A stretch of DNA of 64,000 nt from Microbotryum violaceum (Eukaryota). The stretch spans positions 2,185,591 through 2,249,590 of the forward strand of contig LN717261.1 in assembly GCA_001244265.2 (NCBI GenBank), in the 5' to 3' direction. The notes under the pieces were generated by a model. That model had not been told where the DNA came from. It did not search any database and worked only from the letters and a program-made list of their open reading frames with translations. This document shows positions 55,871-64,000 of this stretch, one piece after another (position 1 is the first letter of the stretch; each line of letters opens with the position of its first letter). The translations under genes were made by a program, and so were the position numbers.

Positions 55871-58163
55871 CTGGGCTTCACTCCACGACATTTCGCGGTC
55901 TTCCGCGACATTCTATGAGCCCGGTTTGAACTGAGGCGCAGACTTCTCCATCTTTCTCCCTCCTGCTCTTCACACCTTACCCATCGCACCTCATCCCATC
56001 GCCACCTCAAGCTTCCGACATCCGAAGCGGTCGTCGTGGAAGCTCTGCAACGAATACGGGATCAAGAAGTGCTTGCCGCATGCAACATAGCTACGAATTC
56101 GAGTAAGTAACTTCATGAACTGTGCTCTTGGTGTAAGATTGTTCAGAAGCTAACTACCAAGCAGAAATTCCCTTCAACACGTCCTCTTTGAATGTCAACT
56201 CTCGAGTTGTTTCTTCACCGTCAGCTGGTGACACTGCATGCGTGAGTTATCCCTTGACATGACTGTGCAGTCTTAGATCTGACGGAAAAACTGATACGAA
56301 AAACAGACATTGGATGTCAGTGATACAGCGGAAGGATTGACTTCGTACGGTTGAGAATCCGGGTTCATGGGACACAAAATGTGAGTCTTCACTGCCATTG
56401 CTACAGATGGACAACAGGATAGTTCTAAAGGACGAATCGCAAAAACAAACAGGTTCCGTGAATTGCGGCTCACCATCCGTGGCAGATCCTCAACGGCTCG
56501 GTTCGGTGGAGTGATCGTTGTGGTGGCAGGTGTATGCCAATCTTTCAAAAGCAAAGCGCAGGGCAGCATGATTAACTGACCGGTTCGACTGTAACATCAC
56601 AGGGGATCCGAAGCGATGCCTTCCCGTTATTCCCAAGTCATCGTCTACACAAATCGTCGATTTCGTTGATGCTCCGGGAGGGACAGGCAAAACGTTCTTG
56701 GAAGAGACGGTCCTTGCTCAGATTCGGTCAGAGAAAACATACGCTCTTGCCGTTGCATCATCGGGTATTGCTGCACTGCTACTGCCAAAAGGCAGAACGG
56801 CACATTCACGGTTCAAGATCACGATCGACATCTTCGACGACTCTACATGCAATGTTCCGAAATAAGGACAGCTCGCCGAGCTCTGGGACGAGGCACCGAT
56901 GCAGCACCGTCGATGTTTCCAGCTGGTGGACAGGATGTTGCAACATGTGCGATCGTCAACGGCTCGGTTTGGTGGACTGACCGTTGTGATGGCAGGTGCG
57001 TGCCAATGTTTCAGCAGCACAGCGCAGGGCAGCATGACTAACTGACCGGTTGGACTGTAACATCACAGGGGACAAGTTTTCTCAAGATGCCTCCCCGTAT
57101 TCCAAAGTCATGGCCTGCACAAATCGTCGACGCTTGCATCATGGAATGCTGGCTCCTGGGGGGAAGTTGAGGGGCTACATCTCGTGGCGGATCCTCAATG
57201 GCTCGGTTCGGTGGAGAGACCGTCGTGTTGGCAAGTATGTGCCAATTTTTTGAAAGCAAAGCGCAGGGCAGCATGACTAACTGACCGGTAGGACTGTACC
57301 ATCACAGGGGATCCGAAGCAATGCCTTCCCGTTATTCCTAGGTCGCTTGCTTCATGGAATGCTGACTTCTGGGGGGAAGTTGAGGTGCGGCTTGACTTCG
57401 TACGGTGCAGAATCCGGGTCATGGGAACACTAAATGCGAGTCTTCACTGCCGTTGCTACAGATGGACAACAGCAAGAATACTGATACTTGCCCGACGTCT
57501 CGGAGGTCGGAAGGACAGCAACAAAATTGTCAATGGGAAAGGCCTGAGCGAGAGCGTTCCGGTCCGGTCCCCCACAGTTCTTCGCCGAACCCTGCCTCTA
57601 CCACATCAACATCGACGAATCATTCTACTTCCAGAGGATCTAGGGCACATCAAGTGCGGAGACTCAGGGAAAGGCAGCAAATGATTCTATCAATCAATCG
57701 CCTCTACCCCAGCCAACGCCCGACATCCACTCTGTCCCGGTGGATGTCGTCATCCAATGGATCCACCGCCTGTGAACGCTGCGATCTCTCGAAGGTCTCA
57801 AGGTCAGCAAAGATGTTGTCAACGGGAAAGGCTCGAGTGAGAGCGTTCCAGTCCGGTCCCACAGTTCTTCGCCGAACCCTGCGTCTACCGCATCAACATT
57901 GAAGAACCAGTCTACTTTCAGAAGATCTAGGGCACACCGACGTCCAGCCGCCACACAGTCACCGATGGCGCTGGCACTGCGTCCACTGCCGGAGGATCAA
58001 CTTCATCCAATGGATCCACCGGCTATGAACGCTGCAATCTCTTGGAGGTCTCAAGGTCAGCAAAGACGTCTTCAACGGGAACGGCTTGAGCGAGAGCGTT
58101 TCGTGTAACAGAACTGCTGATTTTCAGTGTGAGGTGGCGCGCGGAGCGCGCCGCCGAACCTAG
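55871..58163 (+). mobile_element. Non-autonomous Helitron HelA, 5'-truncated
   Basis: Homologous to 1-390 and 4700-5844. Ends GGCGCGCggaGCGCGCC gccgaac CTAG|T. Confidence 0.85.
56662..56995 (+). pseudogene. PIF1-type Helitron helicase exon remnant (motifs I to III); absent from the ORF track
   Basis: Manual translation: FVDAPGGTGKTF..AVASSGIAALLLPKGRTAHSRFKI..CNVPK*GQLAEL-WDEAPMQHRRCF..FGGLTVVMAG, followed by a GT..CTAAC..CAG intron. Confidence 0.92.
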
Positions 58164-59743
58164 TACCTTATAATTAATGGGTTTACAGGTCAAATTGTAA
58201 GATAAGAGAGAGCCGGAAATGAGTGATTGATCAGGAATTGGCCTCTCCTTTGGCGTTCTTGTTGATGAGCCGCCTGCTGGAAGAGTCCGAAATGCCCCAA
58301 AACAGCCGAGAAGCGAGCACAGCATAGCAAAGGCGGCGGTTGACACGATGACAGGCTAGTCGCGACGTGCTTCTCGCTCCTCTTCCGCCAACAACGACGC
58401 CGAAATGAACATCTTCACAATCGGAGAAGCCCTCATCAGAACTTCCTCTTCATATCATCATGGTCTCATTCCCTTCCCGGAATTCAACTGCTGGCGCCAC
58501 GCTCAAATCTTATCTGATCGCAAGAACAAAGGATCGACCGACCATCCACTTCTTCCCAACGGTCGCAGGCCTCTTGATGATGATTGCGGCATCATCAACG
58601 CGAAGAACGCTCTGAAGACGGCGAACGATGAGCTGTGAAAGGCACGAGATTGCTCTCGAGCCTCACTGGTTCCGAGTCCAAACTGAAAGGATCAAACGGT
58701 GTAATTCGCAAGCAAAGAAAGACTACTAAAAGGGCTAAGGTCAAGAGACGCGGCGGTGCCGCACGCGAGGGCAAGCGTGAGGCCGCAGAGGTCGGCTCGA
58801 GGTCGTCGTGAGGCGTAGGCGGAGCGGCGCCTTACAAGCTGGTCAAAAAGGGGATAGTTGCAAGCAACGAGAAGATGAGTATCCACTTTCCCGTCGATGT
58901 GGAGGAGGAGAACCTTGCTGGTGGGGCTGAAACGACCGATTAGGAGATTGTGGACCTGGTCATTGCCAAAGACTTGGAGGAGAGGAATCAGGAAGCGGAG
59001 ATAGAGCTCCGACCGGCGGAGCGAACGACGCTGGAGGAGGCAATCTCAGTGCTTGATGTTTTCTTTGGGTTTGCTATGAATGGGTACTCAGGTCCAACGG
59101 ATTTGATTTTTTTGAGGACAAGGCTAGGAGGATTTGCAGGACTCTTGTTGCCGAGCGGGATGCCGCAAGGATTCAGACAACAATGACCTCGTATTTCCAG
59201 TGTCAGTAGGTCAAGATATTTTTGCTTGGAGCTTGAAAGGCACGGTGTCTCGGACAGCGGAGCCTCACTGGTGACCGAAGATGACAGGTGTAAGTTAAAT
59301 GGATTACAAGTAGCTTCTGGTGTCAGCTCGATGAGATACAATAGTGCTGAGATAGGGAACATCAGTACTCACCTAGCTTCTGGTGTCAGCTCAATGAAGA
59401 GAGAGCTGAAGAAGCTAGGCGCGCGCAATCTCTATTTCTGATGCCTGTGGCCCGTCGTAAGGCCTTGCCTTACACTCTCCCCTCCTTGACACAAGGCTCC
59501 CCTCTGAAACAACACTCTTATTCCTCGTTCCGATGTTCCCAGAGATCCAATGCCTCAGCCGGCTCCCATGAATTGCTATCCGACGGCCATGAAACCCGCG
59601 AGACCAAATATTGAGTCTTCCCCGCTCGGATCCTTTCATCGACGATGTCCTCGATGACCCACTCGGGTTCTCCACTTACGTCCACCGGTCCCGGGCGCGC
59701 GGGTTCTTGGCTTGGGAATAATTCTGAATCATTTGAGCGGTAG

Positions 59744-59860
59744 TGTAAGGCTCGGTTGCCTTACACTATTTGACTACCCTTCTGATTTCAATATGCATCT
59801 ATTGAAATCGTCAGTCTTTTGGACCGTGTAACCTAGTCGTGAAGGGCCTGGGGTATTACA
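59744..59860 (+). mobile_element. 117-bp solo mini-LTR
   Basis: TGTAAGGC...GGGGTATTACA with a perfect TSD GGTAG. Confidence 0.9.
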
Positions 59861-60557
59861 GGTAGGCCTTGAGCTTGCCCGTGTGGAAGAACGGAACTGC
59901 AGAATCGTCCTTGTTGAGTTGCAAGGTGTACGTGGAGAGCCCTGGCTGCGCCGCAACAATGTGATAAGGGCCGTCAAAACAGTCCATGAGCTTGGCTGCG
60001 CGGCGCTTGCGGGTGTGAAGTTGCTTCCTACGGTCACTTGAGTCAAGCAGGACAAGGTCCCCGACGGCCCATGAAGGTTTGTCTGCGTGGTCCTTGTTGG
60101 CTTGGGTGGCTTGACGAACTTTGGACACAGCAAGTTGGTCTCGTGCCTCCTCGCATGACTGGAAGCGAAGTGCGAGCAGCTCCTCGTCACCATCAATAGG
60201 GGCCAGCGGGGCAAGGGTGGGTGTGTACCCCAGGACAAGCTCAAATGGAGGCTCTTCCTCGTCGAAATGTTGACCGACGAGTTGATGGCATACTCACAAG
60301 CGGTGAGACATTCAACCCAATTGGATTGTTCCCTGTTGACAAGCGAGCGGAGGATCTGGAATGCGGTTTTGTTTGTCTTGCTGCGCCCGTCAGTCTCGGG
60401 GTGGAACACCGAGGAAAGTTGCAGCTTGATGTTCAGACGCTTGTGCAGAGCGGACCAGAATTTGCTCGTGAACAATTTGTCACAATCCGAGACAATGCGT
60501 TGGGGCAGGCCAAAAAAACGATGCCACCCCTCATGAAAGCGGTTGGCAACATCTGCC

Positions 60558-60779
60558 TGTAATACACCCCGTAGGAGTGCACACCGGAGCGACAACGATA
60601 AGATCACAGGACCAAAGTATGTAGGATTGACACTGGACACTCTACGTTAGTCGCTGCTATGACAATGCCTTCTGATACACTTGGGCTCACCTGGACACTC
60701 TACGTTAGTTGCTGAGGAGAGACTAAGAGTGCCCAGGCGCGCATCTCTTCTCCTAAGGGTCAGGCGCACGGGCCTTACA
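60558..60779 (-). mobile_element. Solo LTR of a family-B subfamily inside the family-E integrase
   Basis: Diverged copy of the 223-bp B LTR. TSD CTGCC/CGGCC (one mismatch). Confidence 0.88.
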
Positions 60780-63700
60780 CGGCCGCTGTGTCGGCTTCGC
60801 GCGCAGGGAGGAGGCGGACATATCCCGACAGTCGATTGGTGATCGTCAAAACCCGGTCAAACCCCTTGTTTGTTGGCAACGGTCCGACAAAGTCCACGGC
60901 GATGTCCGCCATAGGGCGCACTGGAACGGGAAGGGTGTGAAGCTTGCCCGCGACGCGAGTGGTACGGGCCTTCGTTAGTTGACATGAGTCGCATTGTTGC
61001 ACGTATTGCTTGATTTGGCGGGACATGTTCGGCCAAAAGTACGTCTGTATAACAGTCTGGTACATTTTTACATCACCTAGGTGCCCCAGCGCGTCATGAG
61101 CATCGTGAAGGCTGGACTCATGGAGCGGGGCTAGTAGTGGAATGACAAGCCGGCCCCGTAAATACAGCAATGCGTCATAATCTTCAACTCCGATGCGACC
61201 AACGCAATGTTGTTCAGAGCTTGCTGGCAGAATGCGTCGGTTATGTACGCGTCGACAATTTCATGCTTGACGACATCCGAGAGCAAGAGTTGCGAAAGGT
61301 TGGTCACAATGATGGGAAGTGGCTCGGGAAAGGAGTACCTGCTCACTGCCTCGGCTACGATGTTCTCCCTGCCCGGGAGATACTGGAGGTCGTAATCGGA
61401 TTCGGCCAAGGTGTCAAGCCAGCGCACCTGGCGTCGCGAGATGACCGTGCGCTGCGTCTGAAAATGCTCAAGTGTGGAATGGTCGGTAAGGATGTGAAAA
61501 TGGCCACCCAGGAGATCAATGCGCCATTCCTTGAGAGCCTCAACAATAGCTAGGGGTTACTGCTCGTGCGTAGGGTAGTTGCGTTCAGCTGGAATGTATT
61601 GACGCGACCAGTGGGCAGTGGGGTGTGCGGTCTTCCAATGCGAGCCCTGCAGAAGCACACCTCCGATTCCTTGAAGACTGGTGTCGGTCATCACCCAGAA
61701 TGGCATGGCATCGGCAGAGTGGTCGGGCGGGCGTAGGCAATCAAGGGAGACAACAATGGACTTGATGGCTTCAAAGTGACGGACCGTTGGAGTTGTCCAG
61801 AGGTTGTCGATGGATGTTAGCCCTTTGATTGTTAACGGTGTCAGCGCAGCGGTATGCTCGGCAAGGCCCGGAATGAATTTGCGGAGGTACTGCACCAACC
61901 CAAGAAACCCCCTGAGTTCTGTGACGGTCGCTGGGAGATGCCAGTCATGGATGCGCTTGATCTTCTTGGGGTCGGCGTGTACGCCGGAGCGGTTGATGAT
62001 GTGGCCAAGAAACTCACACTCTGAGGCGGCGAGGTTGGTCTTTGATGGTGAGCAGTAGAGTTTGGCTCGGCGCAGGGCGTCCAGAACTTGGCAAACACGG
62101 GCCTCGTGCTCCTCCAGTGTATCGGCGAATATGGTGATGTCGTCAAGGTAGACGAAACAGATGGTGCTGATTAATCCGTGCAGGGCGTCGTTGACACGGC
62201 GCTGGTGGGTGGCGGGCGCATTGCAGAGTCCCATGGGCATGACCGTCCATTCGTACAAACCCTAAGGTGTCGCAACAGCGGTCTTTGCTATATCCTCTTC
62301 CGCCATCTTGGTCTGAAAGAAGGAGTTAGTCATGTCAATCTTGGCCCAGAAGTGCGCTTTGGAGCACGTCGACAGGATGTCATCGGCCAGGGGCAAGGGT
62401 GTGCGGTCCTTGATGGTGTGCCGATTGAGGTGGCGGTAGTCGTTCACCCATCGCGGTGCAATGGTGGGGTCCACATCCGAGCCCTTCTTGGGTATGATGA
62501 ACGCCGGCGACGCGTATGGCGAACGTGAGGGGCGAAGACGGCCACTTGCGAGGTGCTTTTGAAGCAGCAGGTACCATGCCTGGCGGTGGCGTTTGGCGAC
62601 CGGATAGCCGCGCAGGTTGATCACAGTACGCGGGTTGTCAAGCTCGATATGGTGTCGCACCGGGGATTGGTAGGTGGCAACCGGTGGAATGTCGTCAGGG
62701 AAGCGATCAGCGTAAACCGCGCGCAGGCGCCGGTCGAGCGCGGCAAGGCGGAGCTGTTCGTCCTCGTTGATGGGCGCAATGGCGGCCACGGGCGACGTGG
62801 CGCGCGGCTGGGACGATAGTTCAAGCAGGTCAATTGGCTCCTCCGGGTTATTCTTACACGTGAGGTGGGGGTGGGGGAAATGACCTAAGTCAATCTTGTG
62901 CGTGTAGATGAAGTTGCCTCCAAGAATAAGCTCGAGGTCCCTCCCAAGGGGCGCCAATTCGGTATCACGAAGGGGCAAAGAGATAGGAGAGGTGAGCCGG
63001 ACGTAGGGGCTCGAGGCGAGGGACGAGGGACGAGTCGGCGGTGAGCTGGGGACGGGGGTCCCCCCGAGGCTGGGGTGGTGGTGGGAGCGGGTCGCGTCGT
63101 CGAGCCCGTTGCGAAGGCCGTCGGTCGGGTGTGGGGCCTCTGTTGTAGTCTGTTGTTGGAGGGCGGCAACTTGGGTCGCGATGGCCGCTCGGCGTTGCAA
63201 TGACTCCCCACTCTTCGCGTCCGATCCGTTCGAATACTTGTTAGTCGAACTTCCCGGGTTGGTCCGCCGGTGCATCGCTGTAGACGTCGGTTTCCGACAT
63301 GACCACAGCGGGGGCGGGAGCATCGAGGACGAGTCTCTCGAGTGAGAGGTCGGACCATCCAGCTAGCGACGAGACAACATGCGTGCGGAGGAGTCGGCAC
63401 TACATTGGCTGCAATTCAGCAATTCGGGCCTTCTGAATTTCCTCCCCCTCAAAAGTCAATGTATCGACTCAAACGATGCACAAATTCTTGATTTGATGTA
63501 GGAAGCTCAAAAACGGAGTTTCAGGTCACGATGTAGTGATCTGAAGCCGAAGTCTCCAAACTTACACCTGTCTTACTTTATGGGAAAATCCGTCCACCGA
63601 AAATTTTCTCAGGTTTGACTGTACTGAAGACTCCACATGGAATTTGGGCGCCTTCTCGACTCCTGAGTACTGAACCTCGATCGCTGCGGGCTCTAACAGG

Positions 63701-64000
63701 CTCTCCTTTCATCGTCCAGCGCAGCAGCCGAGGAGACCCCTGACAACCTGCCAATTGCGGGGGCCCTTGCTACGCAGCATCGCGCTTGCGTAAACGATGC
63801 ATTTCCACCGCTTTGAAAGTCTGCCCCAGAGAGATATGTTGAACACCCTGACACCATTCCTTGCTTCGTACAAAGCGTACAGGCTGGCACGGAACAGTAC
63901 TAGCTTCTGCGTCTTCGTTCACCACCTGTAGGGCGTTCCTCACTCCTAAATTACCTCCCACTGCGCCGACGAAGTCGCTGACCAAGCGTTCGGCCTTGGA

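Larger units (their letters stand above)
59234..63400 (-). mobile_element. Ty3/Gypsy chromovirus relic (family E), 5'-truncated
   Basis: Gag remnant near 63240, RT ([21 protein letters not shown]), RNase H, integrase, chromodomain about 59690-59520 (EWVIEDIVDE..QYLVS..NSWEP), PPT AAGGAGGGGAGAG, and an LTR from 59474 (TGTAAGGC) to about 59234 (left end inferred). Confidence 0.88.

Noticed and set aside
58165..59230. Short ORFs and a possible LTR-end remnant at about 58636
   Set aside because: No recognisable domain. Similarity to the family-E LTR end is limited to two short blocks.
63400..64000. Short minus-strand ORFs at the window end
   Set aside because: No recognisable motif and several stops; cannot be assigned.

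Overview
Eukaryotic DNA from a basidiomycete fungus; the intron style, element families and TCG/CGA-biased mutations are most consistent with Pucciniomycotina such as Microbotryum (inference). Most of the window is nested transposable-element sequence. Only one host gene looks intact: a 9-exon Cid1/Cid13-family non-canonical poly(A)/poly(U) polymerase (6645-11145, +). Convergent with it is a Zn(II)2Cys6 transcription-factor pseudogene (28392 to about 11412, -), split by two chromoviral Ty3/Gypsy insertions, one of which carries a third nested inside. The rest is: non-autonomous Helitrons with PIF1 and Rep remnants; a DIRS/Ngaro-like tyrosine-recombinase retroelement remnant; a 13.8-kb Mutator-like element with about 240-bp TIRs and a 9-bp TSD; four Ty1/Copia copies; two more Gypsy relics; and several solo LTRs. 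The most unusual object is a 117-bp mini-LTR family that shares termini with the chromovirus LTRs. It occurs twice alone with 5-bp TSDs, and once as a 560-bp fold-back element with two inverted LTRs inside a single 5-bp TSD.
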